Shown here: positions 41,051 through 54,515 of the stretch, piece by piece
Layout of the letters: each line of letters opens with the position of its first letter
Numbering within the stretch: the first letter of the stretch is position 1
NCBI GenBank assembly: GCA_040954595.2
Contig: CM082590.2
Coordinates: forward strand, 9,822,088 to 9,886,087
Origin: Balanoglossus misakiensis
Lineage: Eukaryota > Animalia > Hemichordata
DNA length: 64,000 nt
Direction: 5' to 3'
Made by a program: the position numbers and the translations under genes
The notes under the pieces: model-generated
The model's database searches: none
Told to the model about the DNA's origin: nothing
What the model saw: only the letters and a program-made list of their open reading frames with translations

Positions 41051-44000
41051 GGACATCAACGGCTAATTTCACTGTTCGAGCCTTCACTATCTATCAACGT
41101 AATAGCATATTTATAACTAATTTCGATCCCACGGTTTCGACTGAACTTTCTTCGAACAGGTACAAATATTTTCTTCCCGTGATAGTGTAGTAACTTATGG
41201 ATAAGTCCATGCGCTGGGATGTGTCCTGTAACCGGTCGCTTGTGGTCCAGCATGACATGAGTGACAGACAAAATTCATTTTGCACTGCAAGGCACACCAA
41301 ATGACAACTATGGTTGTGATAGTTTTGAATTAACTCTCCTGATTTTCTCGGTCTTTTATGAAAAGGGACACGAGACCCCCGCTTACTTCAGCGTAACCGC
41401 AGCCGACTGCTTTGACAATTCACCCGGATGGTCCGCATTTTAGCAGGTCTTTACTCTCTCCATGGTAACGAGTCGTCGGCTCCGGAATGCTGTTGTGAAG
41501 CTCAGTCCCTGCTTCAGAAATTAAGTCCAGCTCGCTCGATGGCAAGACACTAGCCTTGGCGAAACACCACCCACCGAAAACCACGAACACATCATCGGAA
41601 ATGCTGGCTCACACACACCGCCATTTCTTCAAAAATCCACTTCCGCCCTCGACTGTACCGTTATCTTCACGCCTTGTTAACCTTTTAATTACCACATACG
41701 GGTCACTCCAGTCCAATCCATGACCTGAAAGGTGACAGATTACGTAACCATGTTTTAAAATTGTCTAGCTCACCGCCATGCAAATTGAATACTATACGTC
41801 ACATCTGAATACATAACACCAGACAAAATTAGAAATGATTACCCAGAAAGCATCTCGGGAATAGAAGGGTCGATATGCATAATTACTCGTGATGGGGCTA
41901 ATTATACATGTACTTTATAAAATGGAATTTAGATTGCGAGCTTAAATGCAGAAACACTTCAAAATTTTATGAAAACTTTATTTTTGCCAAAAATATATGG
42001 ACACGCGAGAGAACTCTCTCGCACAATGTACGCCTTCCCTCGCCAGCGCTCTTGCACAGTTAAGTATAGGATGCAACCATATTGAAAAAATACTCGATTT
42101 AATGTCCTCTTAGATATCAATACGGATTAGAGAAATAACAGAGATGTAATCTATTTTAAAGTTAATTCGCCCGGATGCAATATTCATAATATGACACCGG
42201 AAAACAATAGAGCTGGGTTGTAACACGATACCCTAGGCTCAACTTTCCCGCCATTGTTTTCAGCGGAGAGAACGCGTACTGCGTCGCCGATTGCATTTGA
42301 AATGGCGGAGTCGAAAAATGCACGGCAGAACGGCGCGCTCTCCGCAGGACGCGCGGAGCGGCGTCTCGTCGTGAACACGCGTTGGCACGACCCCCGCTTG
42401 CATGGCCAATTTCCATGTTAATAAGTATTGCATAAAAATATAAAGAAAACAGTTTGTCAGAGAATGAAATTATTTCACAAAAAAGCACTCCTCTGTCAAC
42501 CTTACAACACGTGGAGAGAACATTTACTTTGGTTTCTGTAAAAAATAACACCAAAGAAATACTAATATAGTGTAAAATCAGAATTATTTATTATTATTTT
42601 TTTTGCATTTAGGGCCGTACTAGAATTGTGCGATAGACAACAGCACAAGAACAGAGAAAGTGTCACGTGACAAACCCATACACAAAGGGGTTGGGGTTAA
42701 ACGTGCTAGAACAAGCAGAGTGTTTGAAAATCGCTAAAAGTTCAACCAAATGCCAGCAGACGTGCCCGTAGCCAAGCTGAAAACACACTGTAATTTTTCA
42801 TTAAATGATACAAATCAGACATTTTACCTATTAAATTTTCCCCTTATTCAGAACAACAAAATAAGCCGTAAACCTCGACGATATCTTAGTGGAAATTTTC
42901 CTGAATGACAGCGTTACTTAGCCTAGTGTTTCTCCTTTAAGTTTCACTCAGTGTAGTGTATGAAATCATTTTCCACTGAAAGGTTGAATGACCTAGCCTT
43001 GCCTGTTGACACAATTCATAGTGTATGAATAATTGCCATCGTTGACGAGTGAATTTAAAGTCCGGACTTAAAGTCAAAGTTTAGCACGGTACACAACAGA
43101 AAAAAATCTGAGAAATTACTAAAATTACTGAAAGGAAATCGTTGTCGGCAAAGTATATCAAACCTCGCATCTACTGTCCCTTTTAGTGAAACGTTTACCG
43201 CTTTCGAATAATCCATGAAATAGATGCCATTTAATTGGACAAAGATTACACTTGAAATTCTGTCACCTTTAATTTAGGTCGACAGTAATGGTTTGATACC
43301 TATTATTCTAGTAAACAGAAACATAGATACTAAAATCTGACCAGAACAATAGAAGATTTTTTTCACGAACAACCGATATGAAACAATATCTTCGAGGCTT
43401 TTAACCAAACGACACGAAATTAAAAGATTCCATATCTGGCAGTCATAAAATCTCTGACGACAACAATGTGCCTAAAGCGATATTTTGTGCCCCCTAGTTC
43501 AATCCAGTGTTTACCACCACATTTTATGTAAAAAACAATCAAACGCTTAAAAAAGAATGAAAAGGTGATTATTCATTGTTTTTTTATAATATTTCTAGTC
43601 AGACACAATTAGTTCATAAACATCTGTTGTTAAATGCTGTAAATTATATGATGTAGCTCTCTCAATAAATCATGGTATATACAGCGTTCTACAGCTGCTT
43701 TGGTCGTATATCTGTTTGTTTTTTGCAATTGCAATGATTCTAGTTTCTGCTGGAACAATTGGAGCGTCTGTGCATGCGCAACAGGTGTACCCGTTTGTGG
43801 CAAAATGTGAAAATTTTAGGGCCGTACCAATAATTCTGTTTGTTATGAAAATCATTAAGATGTCACCATATCTGGGCTCGTATTCACCGCGGAAGACTTA
43901 ATTTGTAGAAAATGGTATTTTAAAAGGACAAATTTGGTCAAAATCAGAACAATGTCACAGAAATCCCTACCGGATATCAACGAGAAAAGAGTGGGTCTTT

Positions 44001-46488
44001 ATCAATACACAGATCTGAACCTTTCGCTCCTTTGTCGTGCGTCCATGAATGCGCGCCAAACAACACACACACATACACAGTCAAGTGTATGTACTCGTTT
44101 GGGTGTAAGGCCGGGACATGCACATATTGTTCCCTAGAACCAGACGCACACAACACACAAAAAAAACATTTGCATACGGATACCTGCACAAAAACAGCCG
44201 TTACGGTGTTTTACATCCCCCAAGGAATATCGTGTGCCCCACAAAATAGAGAGCGTAATTGACAGTGTATAATGCGCAAAGCTTTCTGACGACAAACAAT
44301 GGCGGGAAAATAATCCCGCGAAACAAAGGGCGCGAAATTTTTTTGGGGAATACATTTCCTTTACTGAGTGTATGGAGATTGATGTTTTCGCGTAAGGTCA
44401 CAAATCTGCCGTCAGGGAGGATTATTTCCTTGTGGCGACAAAACAAACACAAAGTAACAAATTTATTATTATTCAATGGAAAGAAATGTGTTTGGAAAAA
44501 TGTAAATTTAAGAGAACTGCCGGTTTAGTAGATCTGTCATGGTAATGAGGTTTTGATAGAGCCTCACAAATTATTTTCCAATGTGGATCGTACTACTAGC
44601 GCTGGCATGCTACCGATCGACCAGAATAATCACGTGACACTCACAACCTGTCTTGCATTGAACTTGTGTCTCGAATTTGTTGGTTTGACGGTATGACCTT
44701 GCCGTTTTGACCTCTGGAGGAGAAACGTGCTCTCTTAATCTAATGGAACAACTTGAAGTTCAATATTAGCCTTCCTCTCGAAGTTTTATAATCTTTTATC
44801 GATTGATATTTTAACCTTCTTTGAAATCGTTGAATTCAGCTGCTATGTTATGCACATGTATTCATTTTAATTCCTGTGGTAATTTATTCTTTTTTGATGT
44901 TCATTGACATCAAAAGTCACAGAAAACACCCAAGTAAGGTAATATGTCACGTCCGGTTTCCACCTGTTGTGTGGAAAAACTTTTCTGAATACACAGCAAT
45001 GCCAAACAAACAATCAAACAAACTAACAAATGAACTGACGAATTCTGAGCTGAAATAAGACAACCATGTTTAAGGTGAAATTGAAACAATTTGAAACACA
45101 AAGTCCCTTTGTAATATTTTTTTTCTTTCTTTAAATTGAGATGCTGATTTTCTTTGTTGTTTGTTTGTTTTTTTGTACTTTGAGCCCAGATGAAAATTAC
45201 TCATTGAGTAACTCGGTCGCTCAGAAAAAAGTGTAAATAAAACCACATGATGTAACAAAGTAAAATATTTTTTACATCCCTATATACTACTATACGCGGG
45301 TGCAGTTATTGGGGTCTACGTCCCCTTTAACGCATGTGACTTATCTGGTAGGACAATAGCACGCGATTAATTCTGGCTAAAATTAAACCACGTATTATAA
45401 TAGTTAAACGGGCAAAATACAAGACTGCGACTGGTCCGAAAGCTGTGACACCTCAATACCTCTCGTCACCCCTTTCTTACACAGAAAGGACAGTTTATAT
45501 AAGTGTTCCCGAAACCGAAGTTATAAATATAAACAGTAGAAGCGCTTTGGATTAAATGCGTATTTGTTTCTTTGTTTAGTTGTTGAATAGATGGTTTGAC
45601 TACATGATGGATGAGATAAGCCAACAAAGTTAGACTTTACCACCGTCAGCTGGAAAGTCAGAATCGAAGCCATAATGTGTCGTCAACCCTTTCTACACAT
45701 TTAATAATCTCCACAAATATACTTTTAAAAATGTATTGCAATATTTGTAACGTTTCTTTGGTCATCATTCGCGGTTAAGAACGTCATGTGACATAGTGAC
45801 ATTTATAGGGGATAAAATCCCCCAATTTTCCTTAACAGTATTAAATTACAGATACTTTCAATATTTATTGTATTTCGCACGCCTGTTTGCGTTTTTCTCA
45901 TAAGCCCTAATATTGTACGACCCGAATGAAATTAAACAAAGAAGTTGCACAAGTACAACGACCTGACATTTTCGAGCAATGAAAAACACATCAATAATAT
46001 TTTCATGTTATGATCTGTTTCAGGACTATGATTTCGGCCGGTTCGCATGGGCCCATACACGCGCTTCTAAATTTAACATTTCATTGTCGGTTCATGCGTG
46101 ACGCATGCGCTGCAGTGTCTGACAACAGACACTACAAGCAAGACAATAAAAACGGAAATAAAAAAAGAAAAATGCAACAAAAGAAATGCATTAAATCATG
46201 GGACTAAAATATTACAAAATAAATATCCTAATCAGAAAATTAAAAGTTTGGTCATAAAACGAAATGTAAATAATCATATAAGGTTCGGACAACTTTGGAA
46301 TAACAATTTTATCAAGCTGTCTGGTTTTGTCATTGACATTCTACGACCAGACGACGGAACAGCACACTAGACTTATAGAACAAAAATTAAAAAAAAAACG
46401 CTTCTCGGTATTTAAATATAGCCCTGCCATTTGATTCAGAAGGGTTTATCTCGACTGCAAACTGATACAGAGACTAAATTAATTGCCT

Positions 46489-46612
46489 AAAATGTAGCAA
46501 GAGAAACAAACGCCGTACTTCCGGTGAAAAGCATAAACTACAATTGTACTACAATGTAACAGAACTTTCGAAAGCTTAGAGCAGGCCAACTGTTTCCATC
46601 ACTTGTTACATT
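46489..46612 (+). mobile_element. Short dispersed MITE-like repeat, copy 4 (more degenerate, between Hox1 and Hox2)
   Basis: AAAATGTAGCAA...ATAAACTACAATTGTACTACAATGTAACAGAA...GCCAACTGTTTCCATCACTTGTTACATT aligns with the copy at 28471. Confidence 0.55.
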
Positions 46613-49600
46613 GAAGCCATTTCTGTCTCTCGCCTTAGCCAATCACAGCGCGGTTCTCTCAGCCTGTTCCTAACAGCGAATCACAACGCAGCTTATGTCT
46701 AGGCTGTAAAACATTCAACCTGTTGAATACAGACTTTTCTGCCTTCCACAGAAAATGTAAAAAATATGCTAGCGGGTTATTTTTGCTACATTGTGTGATA
46801 CAAGTCAGCAGCAACCAGATATTTTCCCCCAGTTCTGCTCTGCGTATCCCGTACATTAGGCATGCATCAATACCCTAAGTGGTCACCGACACAGACTGTA
46901 TTATTATTAAAACTACTATTATTTTACTAATTATATTAATTCTATATCATTTGAACTTACATTTTAAGCTGAGCAGTACCAAAGCTGGCTATACACATAC
47001 TGGCTGTGTTGTGGCGTTTCAATGTGCTTTTCCGTGTATAACAGGACAATGCTGAAAAATAAGACAAAACGATTGTTTAAAAATGTAGAGGCAAAATTAG
47101 TCGTCTGAAAAGAAGTTGGTTTAGCTTGCTTCAGAAAGTTTAACAATAATAATTATGATAATAACAATAATAATATTGGTGGTGGTTAGGTTATATAAAG
47201 ACTATGTTTACACTTGAAAGGAGATAAAATGTATACAAAAACAAACTTGAGTCGAGACTATGTGCATGTGTAAACATTATTGTGTGATATGGAAAGTTTT
47301 ATTTGCATAAGGAGAATAAGAGAAACAGACAATTTCAGAATACTGAAAAAGTACGAATTTAAAAAAAAAATACATAGATAAGCTTACTAGAGTGAAAAAT
47401 AATACACACGCAACTTTTAAGTGAAAAATGAGTATTTTCTATTGAATTGACATTTACACAAATTGTTTATCCTGTCAAACTGATCATTGTAACACTTAAC
47501 TTGTGTTGACGTCATCATTTCTTCTCACCACTGAATGATTGATTTATAGTTGCCATAGCGACAGTTTTCCTGCAGTACGTTGGGCAACAGCGAACGATAT
47601 AGATTTCAAAATGGCTGAAGGCGCGCAGACGACAATTTGTGTGTGTGTGCGTGCGTGTGTATGTGCAGTGCATGATATGGTTCGTTCAGGGTTGTTCCCG
47701 TTTTCAGCAAATGAATTAATGTTTTTTTTCTGGTGAGTACTTCAGAGCTCATTCATCATGTCAACCCCCTGGTCTGCCACTGGCCCGGGGCGGTGTCTTG
47801 ACAAGCTGGCGAGTCCTGGCGTAGACAAAGAAATTTCACGCGACATCGCCCATATGAAACACTGTCCCTCTCCCGGCATTAAAGCTATCACCCATGGCCT
47901 CAATTTCCCCTCAAATTTGCTCCACATTATCCGAATTCCTCGCGTTTGGAATCGTTTTCTGCACGAAGCTTTTCTGCCGGGGCGTGCGCTGTTGTTCATT
48001 TGCCTACACGCAGCGAAAACAAGATTACACGCCATGGCGAGTCGTAAGTCGAGCTGAATAGGGTATTTTGGGTTCGTATGGTCGCAGAATAGCGACATGC
48101 TTTCCTTAAATTCAATTTAAATGAAATAAAAAGGACATGTAATTTCTGATTTGTCATACATCTTCGTCAATGGAGAGTAGACAAGTGATTTTGACAGCGC
48201 CGAATAACAACAGGGCTTCATAGCTGCGCTCTGGCACGTCGTTTCTATGGAGATGGTTCCCTCAGCAAACGTTGTCAAGGCAGCATTGGCGCGCTGACAA
48301 GCTTGCTTTATAACACAGACATTATATGCACGGTCTTACTCTATTCACTCGGGTAGCTGTGTCTACCCTGAGAGATACTCGTCAGATGTGCACCGCCACA
48401 GCCGGGCTCAGATCAGCCCCTGTGTCAGAGCAAAGATGCACAACTCCAACAGAATGCTGGGAACACTTGCCACGAGTTCAAAGGTCACCCCTGGCATCTG
48501 AGACCTCAGCTGATAATAGGTCAACACTTATGAAATGTACACTGCTTTGCGCGTGGTGACCTCAGTGACATCACGGCTGAAATGCACGCTTCCTTCCAAA
48601 AAAACCGCGCCAGTGACCCCCCATGACAGGACAGGCTAAAAATATCACAACAACTGCAAGCATATCTTTGAATGCAGCTATCAGTTTCGAACTTTTACCC
48701 TTGAGTAAACCACTCTGTTTGCCTCTATGTTGACCTGTTTTTAAGTACGACTCGGTTTCCAATGAAATAAAGCGGAAACAATCTTTATTGTGATGTTTTG
48801 GGGACAATAGTCGTGAACGTCGGTACCAGGTTATGTGTCAGAATTCGACAGGTCGGTCAGGGGTCAATACTGTCCAACGAACTTGTAAGAATAGCGGCTA
48901 TCTTCGAGGTTATTGAGAGCGGAAGAAAGCCGCAACTTATTTTGTCCGGTGACTATAGTCCGACTGACAGCAGTTCCTATGCATGGCTTGCGGTTTTCAA
49001 GAGCCACGCCACGCTTAAGTGCACAAAAACAATACGCCATCATTTCGGTTAGGTTGAACAGCTGATGAATCCACATCTCTAGATCGGATGGGAACCATTC
49101 GAATTTTTGAAAGTTGTCGAATATATGACCTGCAGAGCAAATAGGTCAGAATTGGCGATGATGCAAAGATTTTGTGACTTGCCACGCTAATGAATTTTGG
49201 CGGGTTTCTCAGTCTGCTTTCGACGCAAAAGTTCAAACGCTGCACGCCGGAGCAAACGACTTGTACTTATCCTTTGTTCTCTGTGAATAGAGCGCCATTT
49301 TGAAATATGCAAAACCATCTCAAAACAAAGCCCAGTTTTGGTAATTGGGTCCCAAAACAATACAGAGGACGATACCCAGAAGATAAGACAGACCATGACA
49401 AAGCACACCCGACTCGAAAATTGGTTTCGAATGAATAATTTTTTGCGGCGAAAGTCCTGCGTTCAGCTTGTGTTACCCAAAATGGCGGACATCTGGCGTT
49501 GAGTTTTGAGTACCATCCATGGTAAGAAAGTCTAGCACTACTGCACTAGGTTGAGATAGAGTCTTGCCCCATATGTTGCTCAATTTATTTTGATTTAGGC

Positions 49601-52600
49601 ATCTCCCTAATTGTTATCGATAGTCCCCGGGCATAAATATTGAAAAGGGGCAGACGGTAGATGAGGAATGATGAGCAGAATCAATAATATCATCGTTATT
49701 GTGCAACTTGCATTCATTTATGGTCGTCACATTTTGTCGTCTGGTCAATTTCTTGTCGTCTGGTCATTTTTTTGTCGCCAGAGAACGTAATATTTGACTG
49801 AGTGGAACCCTCTTCCAGAGAAGAGAAAAACAGAGTGTCTATCGCTAAAACTTTAAAATAGCAAACATCCTGTCGAGACTACTACAATAGTATGGTTTTC
49901 TGTATGTTTTATGCACAGACTTAAAACGTTAAAACTCTCAGAGTTTTTTTCTATATAATAAAGAACACTTGGTAATTTAATTCCACGTTACGACTTACGA
50001 GATATAAAATGATAAATAATATTTTGCATAATAACACATGCAAGCGCAATTAAGAACAAGGACGGATTGTAGGCAAACACGAACAATACATGTACTGGGA
50101 TAAACTTTAAGTTAATGCAGAAAAAATGTACAACGCCAAAAAGAGAATGCGTCCCTAGCCTTGAGAATAAGATGATATAAATGAGAACTGAAGGCCAAAA
50201 ATCATTGTTGATAAGGTTAAAATTATGAATATCAATTAATCACCATTGATATGTATGTTTATGCGAATATGATATCAGAACTAATGACGTTCCCCGTAGG
50301 TGGAACTGAATAGTGAACGAAGCGGTGATCAAAAATTGATCCAGCCAGAAGCAGGGGCTAAGTAGCGCTCATAATAATAGTTATATCACCAAACATAAAT
50401 CGAAGCAGCAAAAACCAGGGGCATGACTGTTGGCTCATAATTCTTGCAGGGGAAGGCCGAACGGGCCGCGGGTCAGCCATTTCCGTCGGCAGCTAATAAA
50501 TGTCGGAATCTTTGTTTGTGGGCGTCCCGGGGAGAGGGTCTGCATAAATCTCGCGGGAAAAGCGTGCCGGGGTGGCGAAAACGTGTCTGAAATGTCGTTC
50601 TTTCTCGGTTTTCGTGTTTGCTAAACTATCGTTGCACATCAGCGATTTTCATTACTTACAGAATTCACGCGAAAGTGTAGGCGAATAGGAACACAATGCA
50701 AATAACCATAATATTATGCTAAATTCTTCTCAGGCTTAATCAGCCACGTTGTTGTTTGAATATCTAATTTTATCTGATGCCGTGAATTTCAGGGGTTGAT
50801 GAAAATATCAAATTCTGCGAATGACCACAAAAATAACTTGCGAAATAATAAAACCCACGGTGCTTTTGATTGCTCTGATGGTATAATAAGCACTGGTCTC
50901 TCCTGCGCCGCACCGAGCCGGCCATATTTGCGTTAGATCCTGATTAGAAATTTTGACTTAAATTTGCCGACTAGGTGAGAGAGCGGTTGTCCTATTGGCG
51001 TGACGTCATACCGAGATGTGGGCAGAATTTCGCGGGAAATATTTTTTTTTTCAGAGAGAGGGGAGTGTTCAGTGACTTTGAATTAAAAGTTTCACAATAA
51101 AGCATCTCTGCTTCATCAGGCTCCAGGAACCCAACGCCGGTGGGGGTTTCAGCCACCGACCGCCGCCACTTCGTTGGATTAGCCCCGATGCCTGATCAGC
51201 CGACAAACGGGATTAGCCGGATTAACTTAATGGCGCAAGGTTCGTCGCGGATCAACAGAGCACGAGGCGGCTGGGATTAAACTTTCAAATTTCCGCAAAG
51301 CGAAATCTAAATCTGCGACTCTTATCAGAAAGTGTCTCTGCGATCTGGCGATCTACGCTCGCCAGGGATTTTTTTCGTGCCGGAAATATTCTGAATTCAA
51401 ATAACTTGACTTGTTCCAAAATTCACGAACTTAACATTATGTCGTTATAAATCTCGTTTACGTTTACCTTTTACATTTATTTTACCAGCTATGAACTCAT
51501 GGGTTTGTTATTTGTTTACAACTTGTCCGTTTTTTGGACTCTCTCCCGAGACCTGAACAGACTTCAACTGCGGGCGCTAAGTCTTGTCGCTTGGTTGGTT
51601 TCCAAATCCACGGACCACAGACGATATCACTGCCGACGACAGTGATATTCCCCTCATATCAAAGTTATCGCCTTCGAGTTCAGCGGGATTTTGTTCTTAT
51701 ACTTGCTGCATGACAAATGTCAGCGCAAGTGCGTATGATTAAACAACAGAAACTTTGCACGGTCAGGTTTTCTATCAGAGTCACCCGCACGCTGCCTGGT
51801 TGCAAATCAAACACAGCGAAAGCGCTTTTGCTGCCTCGCTGATTAAGTTCACTTTAAAATACATCTATAACCCCTGAAAGTCAAAGATGGGGGTATAACG
51901 TGATGTACGACACAGATCCTCGGCCCATTGGCCAGCTAAGCTCCCTGACCCGAGCTGATGGTCTGAAACATATCGGCGAATTTGTGAGCATGAAACTACA
52001 GCCATCTTTCTCGACACGACACAGCGAGGCATCACGGTCGACTCGCGCTATATCGGCGGTTACATTAGCGACTTCATGATGAACGAATTGAGGGGGATCT
52101 CTCCGCTAATCCGGTCTAATCCGAGCCAATCTTTTTAAAAGAAACCTGAGCGGTTTGAAACTAGTGTGGATTTAACGGGGGGATGGGGGTGAGGAGCCTA
52201 AACATGGACAGATGAGAAAGTGCAAAACGACTATACACCGAAAATTTCCTTTCACACACTCGACGACAACGCAAACTTGAAACATGGAGTAACCCTGCAT
52301 CTTGTTTACACTCTTGACGGGAATCTCGCTCTGTGTTTGGAATCATGTCAAAATTTGGCGTCCCCAGGGGGACACGTCTACAAAGAGATCTGTTGTCAAT
52401 TTAAACACAATTCTTCAGTTTAAGGTCAGAAACTGCAAACTCGTTGAGCCACCATAGGGTAGGTGGTAAAACGAAAAAACGAAATATTGCCCTTACCGAC
52501 TGAAAATTCGCGCCAATGTTTTTTCATATTTTAAAAAATTACATTAGCTACACTCTAACAAAATTAACTGGTTGATAACGAACGCCTTCAAGACATTTCC

Positions 52601-54109
52601 CGCCAAAAGGGAACAGACTCATGGATATTAAAATGCGTATACTAATTTTCCAATTCGCTCTCTTCTTAATGTTGAGGGCCAGCGTGCTAATTTGACTAGC
52701 TCACCCAATTTTAATTCTTATCGAACGTGAGATTACGATAAAAATGATCTATCATTGGAGATATTCCCATCTTAGCGGGGACAATGTGAAATCGAATGTG
52801 TTTAACCAAGCGACAAGATAACTATAGGTTATGTATATAACACAGGGATAGGCTGCAGCATGGGAAACAAAATGGCGGACGGTATGTCCACTCTCTCAAA
52901 ATATCGAACACCGATCACGTGGGCTAACATTGTCGGAAATAAACGTTTATAAATATTGATGTCACGCAATTGATTCATTTGGTAAATTTCCACGAGGAAG
53001 GAATACCGAATTTGATACAGATAATGTCGTAAACTGGAGCAATTTTCCTAGCGGAGCGTTTACAAATGAGTCATAATCGACGATTAATTTCAACACCTCT
53101 CTCATTTTTCTCTCTTGTTTATATAAACATCTGCCTCCTCGGGGTAAAAACATCGAATAAATTTCTCAAAGTAACAGCTAAACTCTCCATGCAATGAAAC
53201 TATTTACAAAATGTATATAAAAACGTTTCATTATCAAAAAATACTACACATGGCTGAAACAAAATATGTTTGCCTGTTACATGTATAAGCAATTAGTACA
53301 TCGACCGTCTTTGTTGTTACTGGACATATTATGGAATGACAAATATTCCACAAATTCGATCGAGAACTTCAAAATTCGATTGGTGAAAGATTTTTTGATT
53401 AACAAAGATGATCACTAGTATGATTTAAGGGCAGGAGTCGCTGAAACTAACAAGCAATTATCAATACATCGTGTCCAACTTATTTTGGATGTTTTTTTAA
53501 CATGAGACTTGTAACCCTTTGACCTCAAATCAATATATGAAATTCCATTTTTGATAAAAGAAATTATTGGGAGTCTAAAATGTCACGTTAAGGGGTCAAA
53601 ACATGAGAACTCGATTCACATGTCTTTGTTAATACCACTGATCATGACCTGAAACCGACATGTAGTATGACGCTGCGGTATGCTTTTGTTTACCAACAAG
53701 TTAAGTACAAATTAGTCATGCTTTGCGTCCCATGACCTTCTGAGTTAAAACTATACATGACAATCGTCTTTTAAGAAATAAAAACAAAAACATATTCGAT
53801 AATTTGAGAAACCGTTCGTTAATTTTAACTAAGCCTTGTATCAAGGCTTTGTGTGATAACTGTTTAAATCCAGGTACATTTAGTCCTTAGAAGTAAAGGT
53901 TTGCTGTTGTGACTAACTGATTGTTACACAATCCGAAACTTGTTCACATCCTGGGAAGGACCCTAGTTCTAAAAATAGCACACTGTCTTCAAGATTATTG
54001 CACCGAGTCACATGGTAAATCAATACCATTTGGACCTAACGAAAGGTCACCTTCAATCATCAAAGTTACCAATAACGAGATTCTTAACTCTAAACGCTAA
54101 TTATGTTAA

Positions 54110-54115
54110 TTTATT
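54110..54115 (-). terminator. Candidate polyadenylation signal for Hox2
   Basis: AATAAA on the minus strand ~400 nt after the stop. An ATTAAA variant lies at ~54264. Confidence 0.4.
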
Positions 54116-54515
54116 GACAAACAATATTACAACTTTGAAATAAATACCTTCTGAAAACCGAAAAAGTTTTACTAAGATTAAATTAAGTTATCCAAGTTCT
54201 AACGGTTTGTACTCTAAGTGTTTTCAATCTTACGTAAAATTAAAACTTTCCCTGAAAAAAATGTTTAATGATTACATATAAAAAAATGAACATTTTATAG
54301 TTTTCAAAGATTGCTCATATTTGCAGTTTTATATTGCCTTATTATGAAATTTCTCTAGTTTCCACTTAATTTTAGTGGCGTCAAATTTTGTTTGCTTTTG
54401 TGTATAGTTATAATACACTCGCGCGAAACCCTGTTTTACCGTTAATGCTGTGTTCTGGAGAAGATTTTTGTTTCACAAATTAGTTTTTTTTGTCGAAGAA
54501 AACGTGTAAAAGGTG

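Noticed and set aside
51624-51648. 9-bp-stem hairpin ATATCACTG-N7-CAGTGATAT
   Set aside because: Too short for a pre-miRNA, and expected occasionally by chance in 64 kb.
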